Positions 1-11,274 of a stretch of DNA of 38,583 nt are shown one piece after another. The position numbers and the translations under genes were made by a program. Location of the stretch: NCBI RefSeq assembly GCF_001194135.2, contig NC_068983.1, positions 150,645,414 through 150,683,996 of the forward strand. Direction: 5' to 3'. Source of the stretch: Octopus bimaculoides (lineage: Eukaryota). The notes under the pieces are model-generated. The model searched no databases, had not been told where the DNA came from, and saw nothing but the letters and a program-made list of their open reading frames with translations. Numbering within the stretch: the stretch's first letter is position 1; each line of letters opens with the position of its first letter.

Positions 1-14
1 GTAGCAAAATTATT

Positions 15-383
15 TGTTGTTGTTGGCACTCCGTCGCTTACGACGTCGAGGGTTCCAGTTGATCCGATCAACGGAACAGCCTGCTCGTGAAATTAACGTG
101 CAAGTGGCTGAGCACTCCACAGACACGTGTACCCTTAACGTAGTTCTCGGGGATATTCAGCGTGACACTGTGTGACAAGGCTGACCCTTTGAATTACAGG
201 CACCACAGAAACAGGAAGTAAGAGTGAGAGAAAGTTGTGGTAAAAGAGTACAGAAGGGTTCACCACCATCCCCTGCCGGAGCCTCGTGGAGCTTCAGGTG
301 TTTTCGTTCAATAAACACTCACAACGCCCGGTCTGGGAATCGAAACCGCGATCCTATGACCACGAGTCCGCTGCCCTAACCAC
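15..383 (-). mobile_element. tRNA-derived SINE (~370 bp) with (CAA)n tail and 7-bp TSD
   Basis: The minus strand reads GTGGTTAGGGCAGCGGACTCGTGGTCATAGGATCGCGGTTTCGATTCCCAGACC (tRNA-like head with B box) and ends ...GGAGTGCCAACAACAACAA. AATTATT flanks both sides (8-14 and 384-390). Confidence 0.85.
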
Positions 384-390
384 AATTATT

Positions 391-513
391 AGAGCTCGGA
401 TAAGATGTACTGTGGTATTTTATTTAGCTACGGCCCTTTATATTCTGAGTTTAAATTCCGCTAGGTTCCACTTTGCCTTTCATCCTTCATGTGACATTGA
501 AATAAATACCAAT
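391..513 (+). mobile_element. Decayed SINE, GTCGACTTTGCCTTTCATCC type (head split by the 15-383 SINE)
   Basis: TTCTGAGTTTAAATTCCGCTAGGTTCCACTTTGCCTTTCATCC matches the B box and central block of the 35589-35830 copy. Bases 1-14 joined to 391 onward rebuild its A-box region. Confidence 0.7.
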
Positions 514-1944
514 CTAATACTAGATGGTTGATATATTTGATTGCAGACAGATGCCACCTGGGAGTGACGGTCCGATTGGATTTTTAGGTACGGGAAGTTT
601 CGTTTATTGCAATGTAAACGCCTCTTGGTCCTTGGTTTTAGAAAAGAAAAAGCATGTGATTTTCTGAGTTGGATAGCAGTAATATTAGTACTGTTCGTTT
701 CAATGAAGGTCTTTATAATTGGGTAAATGTCACTTTGAAAGAATTTTTCATTTAAAGCCTTCCGTGTCTGTTGCTACAGCTTTGATGTTGCCTCTTATGG
801 CAGAAAGACACGGTTTGCAATGGCCGACATAAGCAGCATACGTGCTCGTTCTACCATGTTTTATAAGGTGTTTCACAGCGAAGATGTCTTGTATAGTAGC
901 TAGTCTGCTGCTACTGGTACACATGATACCGAAATATCTCAGCAGATTGACTCGTATGATGGAGATTTTATTGCCTGGTTACAGTTTGTGATATCACGAC
1001 CATAGCTTCTTGTTTGTTTTTCGAATTGTTCACTTAAGGTATCGTTTATTTAATTGTATATGAAAAGTGCCAAATCTGTGTTAATTCTCTACTGACCTGT
1101 TCATATGATCTTGTATCTGGCAGTATGAGGAAGCGCAGTGGTGTTGTATAAAGCTAGGTCGAAAGCTTTGGAAACAGCTATATTTTTTCAATTAAATTTC
1201 TTCTACTTCTTACTCAATTTTCCCTACATTCTTTATCTAGACAGAGGATTCTAGTCTTTGAGTGCCAGCTGTTGGCTCCAGCTTGTGTCTTGTACTGAAA
1301 TGCGTGATCTGTTAACTTTCGTGTGTCGATATTATCGTGTAACTCCAGATAAACTTTGATCTAATGGAGCTTTTATCAAAGATGTTCCAAGCTCAATCGT
1401 CCAATCTTTTATTCAGATGTCTTAGAAGACATTACATAATGCGTGAGTTTTCTTAGAGACACTTTTGTAGTCTTTTGGCTTGTTGTTGTCATTGTTGTTC
1501 TAGATTTTTTCATCAAAGCAAAGTCGATCTCGGATGTTGGTTAGAAAATTTGTCAGTATTTATGTATGAAGTTAGCTATATTATAACGAACAACAAAACT
1601 CCGACTATTTCGTTGTAAATAGACGAAGTGATAGTTGCATGTTGTTTCACTGGACAATTTTTATACTTGTTTCTTGGAAACATCTACCAGTACGTGTACA
1701 AATCAAGCCAAAGTGGGAAGCCCTTAAATAGCCTCTCGACCTGCGAACGACTAAATCGCCTCAAATGACATCCTATTATGTTAAGAGAATTGAAAGGACT
1801 TTGTCGATAATGAAGTGATAGATACAGAAAAGGTGGAACCGGCTCGGCTGTAACGTTTGCGATCATAAGTCAAGTAAGTTAGGGTCGACATGTGATTTAA
1901 GAACAACATACGTTGCAGCACCAATGTCACTTATAGTAATGATT

Positions 1945-2060
1945 AATAGAGTCATTAGAACGTCAGACAAATTCCATGCAGTAATTGTTCTGTCGTTCTG
2001 AGTTTGAGTCAAGCAGAGATCAAATTTACTTTTTCATTCTTTTGGGTTTCGATAATTAAA
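1945..2060 (+). mobile_element. Highly decayed copy of the same SINE type
   Basis: GTTCTGAGTTTGAGTC...TTTACTTTTTCATTCTTTTGGGTTTCGATAATTAAA aligns by eye to the family's B box and central block. Confidence 0.5.
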
Positions 2061-2709
2061 ACATCCATAAGATACAGGAGTAAATTTCTCTAGTCTTCTC
2101 TTTTATTCGCTGTTGCTGTGTGAGATGTTTGCCCGATATCATCATAGTGCCACATACCTCTAAGAAATGGAGAAAGATTGATCGGAAAGCTAACAACCTT
2201 TTCTAATCTAGCAAGCTTGAAAAAAAAAATGGATTCAAGAAAGCAGAGATACCAACAATGTTCTGGTATCGATGTATCGTATACTCTATTGCTAAAACGG
2301 TTAAAAAGAAAGGGAATCCTAGCATCCTCCCACATAGGGGAGGCTGGGTACCTATTTTTGAAACCAATGCTATAAAACGTTAACTTCGATGCTCTACCGA
2401 TTTTTGCTAACTCACATTTTTCGCAAGTTATAAAACATTTCCGCTACATATCAGTAATTGTAACTAATTACATATTTCTTTCAGTAATTAGTATGATTCA
2501 GTTGTATAATGCTTTCGTATGTCCTATTCTTGGCACCAATAGGAAGTATTTTCAATCCTCTCCGGTGGCTGTAAATCAATTTGATCTTACTTCGTTTACA
2601 GTGTGGTCCGCTGAGGTGATCGGAATTTTCCTAAGATTCATCAATAAACAAATAAGTCATACCCCTTAGTAACGTTAATGTATTTTGTTGAGTGGAAAAA
2701 TGAAATTCG

Positions 2710-2830
<121 letters not shown>

Positions 2831-2999
2831 ACTATCATGCACAACCTATTCACGTAATCACATATTTCTTCCTCTCTCTTTTACCAACAAACGTGTGTTC
2901 TTTCTCTGCAACACATCCTAATTTTTCTCTTTTTGTTTTACATACATGCAATCATACACTTGTTCTCTGTCTGTCTGTCTGCCTGCCCGCCGGTATACG

Positions 3000-3021
3000 C
3001 ACGCGTGTGTGTGTATGAGTC

Positions 3022-3072
<51 letters not shown>

Positions 3073-3415
3073 ATGGGTGTATGCGCGTGTCTGTCACTCC
3101 CTTTGCATATATTTATATATAGTTATATTAATACGTATCTATATTTCTGTACACATACATATATATATATATATACATATGTGTGTATATATGCATGTGT
3201 ATGTGTATATATATGTGTATATNNNNNNNNNNNNNNNNNNNNNNNNNNNNNNNNNNNNNNNNNNNNNNNNNNNNNNNNNNNNNNNNNNNNNNNNNNNNNN
3301 NNNNNNNNNNNNNNNNNNNNNNNNNNNNNNNNNNNNNNNNNNNNNNNNNNNNNNNNNNNNNNNNNNNNNNNNNNNNNNNNNNNNNNNNNNNNNNNNNNTA
3401 TATATATATATACAG

Positions 3416-3450
<35 letters not shown>

Positions 3451-3465
3451 TGTATATATATGTTC
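3000..3465. repeat. Compound (TG)n/(TA)n microsatellite around gap 3223-3398
   Basis: Direct read. Confidence 0.9.
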
Positions 3466-3944
3466 CTAATAAACACACTCTCATCCTTTTCTTATACATA
3501 CACACTCATCATCTCCCATCACTCACTCACTACTACGCATTGTCTTCGTAATTTACACACACGCGCACACATACACGCATACACACATACACACATACAC
3601 ACAGAGACACATGCATACGCACATCCATACACACAGAGTAAAATGGGTGCGTAACAACAAAGAAAAACAACAACATTAACAAATGAGCACTACTGGCATC
3701 ACCACCAACCACACCGCTACCGTAAAAGCAACAACACGACGACGACCTCGACGGCCACCATGACCAACAAGAAAAATCACAACAACAACTATAACAAAAC
3801 CACTGCCAACATTAACAAGAAAAAGAAATCAGTGCAACAATTGCGTCATCATCATCATCATCATCATCAGCGGCAGGATTAGCAGCAGCAGCAGCAGTCA
3901 GGAAAGCAAACAAAACAGAACAACCAATGTTACGAATATAACAA

Positions 3945-3969
3945 GATGATGATGATGGTGATGGTGATC

Positions 3970-4019
<50 letters not shown>

Positions 4020-4585
4020 AATGACGATGATGATGATGATGATGATGACGTTGATGATGATGATGATGGTGATGATGACGATGATGATGATGACGATGAT
4101 GATGATGGTGATGATGATGATGATAATGATGATGATGATGATGATGGTGATGATGAATATGAGGATGACGGCTGTCATTATCATCATCATTGACATCAGC
4201 ACCACCGCCAGCTTCATCATCATTATCCTCCTCCTCNNNNNNNNNNNNNNNNNNNNNNNNNNNNNNNNNNNNNNNNNNNNNNNNNNNNNNNNNNNNNNNN
4301 NNNNNNNNNNNNNNNNNNNNNNNNNNNNNNNNNNNNNNNNNNNNNNNNNNNNNNNNNNNNNNNNNNNNNNNNNNNNNNNNNNNNNNNNNNNNNNNNNNNN
4401 NTCCTCCTCCTCCTCCTCCTCCTCCTCCTCCTCATCACAACCACCATCATTGCTACCAGCGCTAGCACCAGCACCAGCAGCACCGCCGCCACCATGATAA
4501 TGATGATGATGATGATGATGATGATGATTATGATGATGATGATGATGATGATGATCATCATCATCATCATCATCATTATCATCAC
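3945..4585. repeat. Imperfect (GAT)n, (CCT)n and (GAT/CAT)n trinucleotide arrays around gap 4237-4401
   Basis: Direct read. Confidence 0.92.
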
Positions 4586-4734
4586 CCAATACAAATACCA
4601 ATAACATACAATAACAAGTAAATCATGATAAAAACATATAGTTTGAAAATTGATCTTAAAGTTTGACCTGGGGATGTTGTCATATAGCCTTTGATGTTTC
4701 CAATACACATCTCTCTGCACTTTCTTCCCACCTC

Positions 4735-4863
4735 TCTGTCTCTGTCTGTCTCTTTCTATCTGTCTGTCTCTGTCTATCTGTCTCTGTCTATCTGTCTCTC
4801 TCTCACACGCATACACACACTCTTTCTCTTTCTCATTGTCTCTGATAATATATACATACACTC

Positions 4864-4894
<31 letters not shown>

Positions 4895-4952
4895 TGTATG
4901 TATGTATGTATGTATGTATGTATGTGTGTGTGTGTATATATATATATATATG
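4735..4952. repeat. Compound (TCTG/TC), (TATG)n and (TA)n microsatellite
   Basis: Direct read; pure (TATG)n at ~4866-4924. Confidence 0.9.
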
Positions 4953-5174
4953 TAAGTATATTATTTAATGTACACAGTATACAGTCACGAGCTATTAATA
5001 ATTTCATGCTTTGGAGATGTTGTCTAGGCAAGTTTCCATAACATGTCTTGTGTCTCCAGGAGATACAAGACGTGTTATCAAAACTGTATACTGTATACAT
5101 TAAATGATATTTATCTCTCACCGGATGGAGTGCTTTTTTGGTTGACCTTACCTTAACGGAAGAGTAAATTATAT

Positions 5175-5310
5175 GCAGGCATGACTGTGTGTGAAGGTTC
5201 TGGGTTTAGTGCTTTGCGCCACCTTGGGCAAATATCTTCTACTATAGCCTCGGGCCGACTAAAGTTTTGTGAGTGGATTTGGTAGACGGAAACTGAAAGA
5301 AGCTCGTCAT
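5175..5310 (+). mobile_element. CORE-type tRNA-derived SINE, 5' part (octopus OR-like), internally deleted head
   Basis: GCAGGCATGACTGTGTG...CCACCTTGGGCAAATATCTTCTACTATAGCCTCGGGCCGAC...GGAAACTGAAAGAAGC. CCTTGGGCAA is the CORE-domain start; homologous to 7399, 17296 and 26136 copies. Confidence 0.8.
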
Positions 5311-5414
5311 GTCTCGCACATATGGTTGTGATGCATGTACCTGCTGTAGCCTTATGAGACGGGTAGTCATGATGGGTATACTGGACTTCGTATATTTGTA
5401 CCCCAGCGTTACGT
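5311..5414 (+). mobile_element. Retroelement 3'-end module ending in (TAA)n, copy 1
   Basis: Homologous to 12030-12160, sharing the exact 24-mer AGACGGGTAGTCATGATGGGTATA. Followed directly by (TAA)n. Confidence 0.75.
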
Positions 5415-5428
5415 TAATAATAATAATG

Positions 5429-5490
<62 letters not shown>

Positions 5491-5501
5491 TAATAATAAT
5501 A
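5415..5501. repeat. (TAA)n array
   Basis: Direct read. Confidence 0.98.
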
Positions 5502-6000
5502 ATGCAGTTGGAGAAATGTAAGATTTTGTGGGACTTACCTACTCAACCGCACAAGCAGTTAGAATATAATAGATCAGACATAACAGTTATAGATAAGGAA
5601 AAGCGAAGTTGCTTACTTGTTAACCCATCATGCCCTTTTGATTCCAGGATCGTGAAGAAAGAGGAAGAAAAAACAAAACAAAACAAAACAAAAAATACAA
5701 TCCCTTAAAATTTTAAATAGGAAGAATTTGGAGCATGGAAACAGTAAAGCTCATGCCTATAATAATTGGTGCGCTGGGAACAGTAAGTAAAGATGCAAAC
5801 ACATGGCTGAAAGGGATTGATATAGATTGCCTGGTAGAGCTCCTACAGAAAGTTTGTCCCTTAAGGACAGCAAGGATTATCAGGTGGGTTTTAAGCACTT
5901 AAAAGACTACTGGAAACTTGTGGATACCTAAGATTATAGGTAGTAACCCATTACCCACATAAATCCTACCAGGAATAAGACCGAATCTGAACCAAACCAA
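5502..6000 (+). mobile_element. R4/Dong-type non-LTR retrotransposon fragment E1 (RLE endonuclease + 3' UTR), pseudogenised
   Basis: Translates KILWDLPTQPHKQLEYNRSDITVIDKEKRSCLLVNPSCPFD...KEEEK, frameshift, then KYNPLKF*IGRIWSME...PIIIGALGTV...LLQKVCPLRTARIIRWVLST* (stop 5900-5902). This matches the R4/Dong RLE pattern. (TAA)n on both sides. Confidence 0.92.
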
Positions 6001-6053
6001 AATAATAATAATAATAATGATGATGATAATAATAATAATAATAAAAATAATAA
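6001..6053. repeat. (TAA)n/(TGA)n array between E1 and E2
   Basis: Direct read. Confidence 0.95.
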
Positions 6054-6312
6054 ATAAAAGCTAATAAACCGGATATTATTATTAAAGATCAGACAAAGAA
6101 GACGTGTTTATTAATTGACATGAGTATTCCCTCTGATCATAATATAGCGACGAAAGAATTTGACAAGATCAGTAAATATAAAGACTTGCTAATAGAAATT
6201 GGAAAAATGTGGCATCTCAAGGCGACTACCGTACCAGTGATTGTAGGATCTCTAGGAATGATAAAAAAAAAGGTACTGAAACCTATTTGAAAATGATACC
6301 AGGCCTATCATC
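6054..6312 (+). mobile_element. R4/Dong-type fragment E2 (RLE catalytic core), 3' end lost in gap
   Basis: IKANKPDIIIKDQTKKTCLLIDMSIPSDHNIATKEFDKISKYKDLLIEIGKMWHLKATTVPVIVGSLGMIKK, with intact PD..D..K..KY residues. The 5' end blends into the TAA array. Confidence 0.93.
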
Positions 6313-7306
6313 NNNNNNNNNNNNNNNNNNNNNNNNNNNNNNNNNNNNNNNNNNNNNNNNNNNNNNNNNNNNNNNNNNNNNNNNNNNNNNNNNNNNNNNN
6401 NNNNNNNNNNNNNNNNNNNNNNNNNNNNNNNNNNNNNNNNNNNNNNNNNNNNNNNNNNNNNNNNNNNNNNNNNNNNNNNNNNNNNNNNNNNNNNNNNNNN
6501 NNNNNNNNNNNNNNNNNNNNNNNNNNNNNNNNNNNNNNNNNNNNNNNNNNNNNNNNNNNNNNNNNNNNNNNNNNNNNNNNNNNNNNNNNNNNNNNNNNNN
6601 NNNNNNNNNNNNNNNNNNNNNNNNNNNNNNNNNNNNNNNNNNNNNNNNNNNNNNNNNNNNNNNNNNNNNNNNNNNNNNNNNNNNNNNNNNNNNNNNNNNN
6701 NNNNNNNNNNNNNNNNNNNNNNNNNNNNNNNNNNNNNNNNNNNNNNNNNNNNNNNNNNNNNNNNNNNNNNNNNNNNNNNNNNNNNNNNNNNNNNNNNNNN
6801 NNNNNNNNNNNNNNNNNNNNNNNNNNNNNNNNNNNNNNNNNNNNNNNNNNNNNNNNNNNNNNNNNNNNNNNNNNNNNNNNNNNNNNNNNNNNNNNNNNNN
6901 NNNNNNNNNNNNNNNNNNNNNNNNNNNNNNNNNNNNNNNNNNNNNNNNNNNNNNNNNNNNNNNNNNNNNNNNNNNNNNNNNNNNNNNNNNNNNNNNNNNN
7001 NNNNNNNNNNNNNNNNNNNNNNNNNNNNNNNNNNNNNNNNNNNNNNNNNNNNNNNNNNNNNNNNNNNNNNNNNNNNNNNNNNNNNNNNNNNNNNNNNNNN
7101 NNNNNNNNNNNNNNNNNNNNNNNNNNNNNNNNNNNNNNNNNNNNNNNNNNNNNNNNNNNNNNNNNNNNNNNNNNNNNNNNNNNNNNNNNNNNNNNNNNNN
7201 NNNNNNNNNNNNNNNNNNNNNNNNNNNNNNNNNNNNNNNNNNNNNNNNNNNNNNNNNNNNNNNNNNNNNNNNNNNNNNNNNNNNNNNNNNNNNNNNNNNN
7301 NNNNNN

Positions 7307-7307
<1 letters not shown>

Positions 7308-7398
<91 letters not shown>
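7308..7398. repeat. (TAA)n array after gap 6313-7307
   Basis: Direct read. Confidence 0.97.
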
Positions 7399-7399
<1 letters not shown>

Positions 7400-7580
7400 C
7401 GCATGGTTCCGGGTTCAGTCCCACTACGTGGCACCTTGGGCAAGAGTCTTCTGCTATAGCCTCGGCCGACCAAAGCCTTGTAAGTGGATTTGGTAGACGG
7501 AAACTGAAAGAAGCCCATCATATGTATATATATATGTATATGTGTGTATATGTTTCTGTGTTTGTGTTTGACCCCACCTC
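7399..7580 (+). mobile_element. CORE-type SINE lacking the first part of the head, with TA/TG linker
   Basis: CATGGTTCCGGGTTCAGTCCCACTACGTGGCACCTTGGGCAAG...GGAAACTGAAAGAAGCCC. Confidence 0.85.
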
Positions 7581-7590
7581 CTGTGTTTGT

Positions 7591-7744
7591 GAGAGGGAGG
7601 TAGTCGACTACATCGACTTCAGTACTTAACTGGTACTTATTTTATCGACCTCGAAAGGATGAAAGGCAAAGTCGACCTCAGAACATAGCGACGGGCAAAA
7701 TACCGTTAAGCATTTCGTCCAACGATTCTACCAGCTCGTGCCTT
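7591..7744 (-). mobile_element. SINE of GTCGACTTTGCCTTTCATCC type with 16-nt B-box deletion
   Basis: Collinear with 35589-35830 but lacks GGCGGA...GAACTC at 7679/7680; CTC microhomology at the join. Confidence 0.8.
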
Positions 7745-7967
7745 AACAACAACAACACCACCACNNNNNNNNNNNNNNNNNNNNNNNNNNNNNNNNNNNN
7801 NNNNNNNNNNNNNNNNNNNNNNNNNNNNNNNNNNNNNNNNNNNNNNNNNNNNNNNNNNNNNNNNNNNNNNNNNNNNNNNNNNNNNNNNNNNNNNNNNNNN
7901 NNNNNNNNNNNNNNNNNNNNNNNNNNNNNNNNNNNNNNNNNNNNNNNNNNNNNNNNNNNNNNNNNNN

Positions 7968-8009
<42 letters not shown>

Positions 8010-8224
8010 GAAACAAAGCAAAACGGAAAAGGAAACCAACAAGATAACAAAATAATAGAGACAAAGAAATAAAAACAATTATAGAAACAAGGAATTGTAT
8101 GTTGCACCTCTATTGTGTAACTCATTATTTAGCCCTCGGCTAGACGCCTCTAAATCCTTGATCTTTCCATATACCAAAGGAAGACTATCTGTTGCAAGAA
8201 CAAGTAAGACATGAAACGACAAGC

Positions 8225-8392
8225 ACATACATACATACATACATACATACATGTATATATATACATGCATACATACATGCATAGATACACACATATATGT
8301 ATACATACATGCATACTTGCGTACATACATGCAGCTATACATACATACATACATACTTATATACATACATAAATGCATACATATACGCATAC

Positions 8393-8460
<68 letters not shown>
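8225..8460. repeat. (CATA)n/(TA)n compound microsatellite
   Basis: Direct read. Confidence 0.9.
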
Positions 8461-8461
<1 letters not shown>

Positions 8462-8683
8462 AATCCCTACAAGTTGTCTGTAGGGGAGTCTGTGGAGGAA
8501 AAGATTAAGAGCAGCGCCAGTAGTAACAACAACAACATGACTGAAAATCCCAAAGGAAATAGCCAGCAACACATAACTACGAACAACAACAACAAGCAAC
8601 ATCAACAAAATCTATCGAACTTTTACCATCGATAATCTTTTCAGCCTCTGCGTTTGATAATAGTCAACAACAACAGCCACAGC

Positions 8684-8809
8684 AAGAAGAAGAAGAAGAA
8701 GAAGAAGAAGAAGAAGAAGAAGAAGAAGAAGAAGAAGAAGAAGAAGAAGAAGAAAAAGAAGAAGAAGAAGAAGAAGAAGACGAAGAAGAAGAAGAAGAAG
8801 AAGAAGAAG
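8684..8809. repeat. (GAA)n array, ~42 units with two interruptions
   Basis: Direct read; followed by degenerate (AAC/AGC)n to ~9030. Confidence 0.97.
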
Positions 8810-9045
8810 CAAACAACAAGAACAACAACAACATCAACAGTAACAACAACAACAGCAACAACACCAACTGTATGAACAGCAACAACAAATTTAACAGCGA
8901 CAGCAGCAAGAAGAATAACATCTGCAAAAGCAGCAAGCATGGTAAAAAAAGAATAAGAGTAACAACAACAACAACAACAGCAGCAGCAGCAACAATAACA
9001 ACAATAACAACAACAACAACACGAACAACAACGTCACGATCATTT

Positions 9046-9288
9046 TCCTTTCTTTTATAGGCACAAAGGCGGCAATCTGAGGGGTGGGGCGGTGCGGTGG
9101 TGCGGCGTTGGGGAGCTGGTCGATTACATCGACTCCCAGCGTTTACATAGTATTTGTTTCATTGACCTCCAAAAAAAGGGTGAAAGGCATATATCGATCT
9201 TGGTGGAATTTGAAGTCAGAACGTAAAAACGGACGAAATGTCGTTAAGTATTTTGTCCAGCATGGCAACGATTCTATCTCACCGTCTT
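9046..9288 (-). mobile_element. Decayed SINE, GTCGACTTTGCCTTTCATCC type, with tail type A (...GGCCTTGTGCCTATA)
   Basis: TCGATTACATCGAC...GAAAGGC...GGAATTTGAAGTCAGAACGT matches the family. TTTTATAGGCACAA is the reverse complement of the 17151 tail. Confidence 0.7.
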
Positions 9289-9323
9289 CAGCATCACTCT
9301 CATTAACACCCAAAATTAATAAA

Positions 9324-9338
9324 AATAATAATAATAAC

Positions 9339-9388
<50 letters not shown>

Positions 9389-9396
9389 TAATAATA
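9324..9396. repeat. (TAA)n array
   Basis: Direct read. Confidence 0.96.
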
Positions 9397-9406
9397 AAAA
9401 AAAAAA

Positions 9407-9583
9407 CAAATATATATAACATACAGAAAATTGCACTACTGGGCACTGCACACATCCTACGCAAAATACTTTCAATACAATAAAAATAAGAGCATCACAG
9501 CAAACCACAGCACATACCCAAGGCGCACAGAGCTGCGCTCGGTAGTGAAGTGAAAGCACGTTATAAAAATAAAACTACTGAAC
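9407..9583 (+). mobile_element. R4/Dong-type fragment E3 (last ~23 codons + 3' UTR)
   Basis: IYNIQKIALLGTAHILRKILSIQ* (stop 9481-9483) is homologous to the C-terminus of E4 (LLGTAHILRKTLSIQ*). ~100-nt UTR; (TAA)n on both sides. Confidence 0.9.
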
Positions 9584-9638
<55 letters not shown>

Positions 9639-9665
9639 GTAATAATAACGATAACAATAATAATA
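9584..9665. repeat. (TAA)n array between E3 and E4
   Basis: Direct read. Confidence 0.97.
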
Positions 9666-11206
9666 AGAGAGTATTACAGAAGAGTTAGACTAATATTAAA
9701 CACAGAACTTAATGTTAAAATTAAGATAATAGGGAAAAACACGCTATCCATACCACTTATAAATTACAGCTTCAACATGATAAACTGGAAGATCAGTGAA
9801 TTGCAAAACCTAGATAGAAAAACCAGAAAACTATTAACAACGTACCGAAGTCACCACCCCAAAGCAGACACAGACAGAATATATCTACCCCACTCAGAAG
9901 GAGGCCGTGGCCTGATACATAAAGAACTATCATAAAATAACAACAGTTGGACTAGGGATGTACTTAGAAACAAAAAGTGCAAGACTATTGTATGTAATAA
10001 AGCAGCACTAGAAAAAGAAAACGCGTTTCTCTGTACACAAGGAGGTGACAAATACAAAACAGAAACAAACTACACAGATAAAATGACCTCAGGTGACAAC
10101 ATAACAGAGACAAAAACAACATGAAAACAAGATTACAAAAGATACTGTAGAAAAAATAGAGAGAAAAATCACTCCATGGTCAATATCCTGCAAGGCTTGA
10201 CAGAGAGGAAGTGAAGTTAAGTAAAAGCCAACAGTTGCTCAAAAGCTCTGGACTAAAAGCTGAAACAGAAGGACTGATTCTCGCTGCATAAGACTAATTC
10301 TCGACTATAAACAATTATAATGGCAAAATAATGAAAACAGGCCCTAACACCAAATGCAGAATGTGCAACATCATCTCTGGCTGCCCAGTCCTTGCCAAAT
10401 CTGAATATATATACTTACACGACCGAGTAGGTAGTTATATCCATTGGACAATATGCCAACATTACAAAATCAAAACTGATAATAGGTGTGTCAAACAAGA
10501 TACAAGAAAACGACCAGGCCACAATCATCTAGGATGTGCTGGTTCAAACCGACAAAGAAATAAAAGCCAATCGCCTGGACATAATAACCAAGGATTGAAA
10601 AATAAAACCCACCTGCTTACTGATAGACATTGCAGTCCCCTCTGCTCAAATTATTGTCCAAAAAGAACTGGAGAAATTATCAAAGTACAAAGACCTCAAA
10701 ATTGAAGTATTTAAGATGTGGAGCATGAAGGTAAATATAATAGCAATTATAATTCGAGCATTGGGTGTGATAAAAAAACATATGAACAGAAATGTAGAAG
10801 CTATACCTGAATCCTCAACACTACACACTATCTAAAAATAACCCTGCTAGGAACAGCCCATATCCTACGCAAGACATTATCAATCCAATAATGCAACCTA
10901 AACTAAACAGCCCACAAATACAAGACACACTCTATACAGCATTTACGCAGTGAAATAAACTCCCACCATTAAGCCATGAAGACCAAAGCATTATACACTC
11001 AACACACAATACAAGAACACAACAAAAGACAGCACCACACCCCAAGAAAATAAAACAAAAACTAACACATTACAGTACCAGGAAGAGTTCGCACACTCCC
11101 AACAACAGGAAAGAACACACAATGCTGCACACACCCTAACAGCACGGAGGTGTAGCAGGCGATGCAGTAGAAATTTACCTGAAACAACTAAATGATGAAC
11201 AATTAT

Positions 11207-11210
<4 letters not shown>
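9666..11210 (+). mobile_element. R4/Dong-type fragment E4 (RT thumb/linker, CCHC knuckle remnant, RLE, ~320-nt 3' UTR), pseudogenised
   Basis: REYYRRVRLILNTELN...NWKISELQNLDRKTRKLLTTYRSHHPKADTDRIYLPHSEGGRGL; GLKAETEGLILAA; KCRMC-(His deleted)-IISGCPVLAKSEY..HDRV; KANRLDII..CLLIDIAVP..KELEKLSKYKDLKIEV. Multiple stops and frameshifts; ORF end 10889-10891. Confidence 0.95.

Positions 11211-11274
<64 letters not shown>
11211..11274. repeat. Pure (TAA)n array between E4 and E5
   Basis: Direct read. Confidence 0.98.

Noticed and set aside
320-383. tRNA gene call for the SINE heads (also 35750-35830)
   Set aside because: No complete cloverleaf or acceptor stem; they continue into SINE bodies with tails and TSDs.
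950-1200. Minus-strand SKAFD (1158-1169)...LFIYN*IND...YGRD (993-1004) resembling RT motifs
   Set aside because: The motifs are in one frame, but spacing is about half that expected, YADD is not matched and stops intervene. It could be a very old LINE relic; an HMM search is needed.
8462-8635. N/Q-rich reading frame ([18 protein letters not shown]...NNNNKQHQQ)
   Set aside because: Best explained as a degenerate (AAC)n array; weak acceptor, no donor, no recognisable homology.
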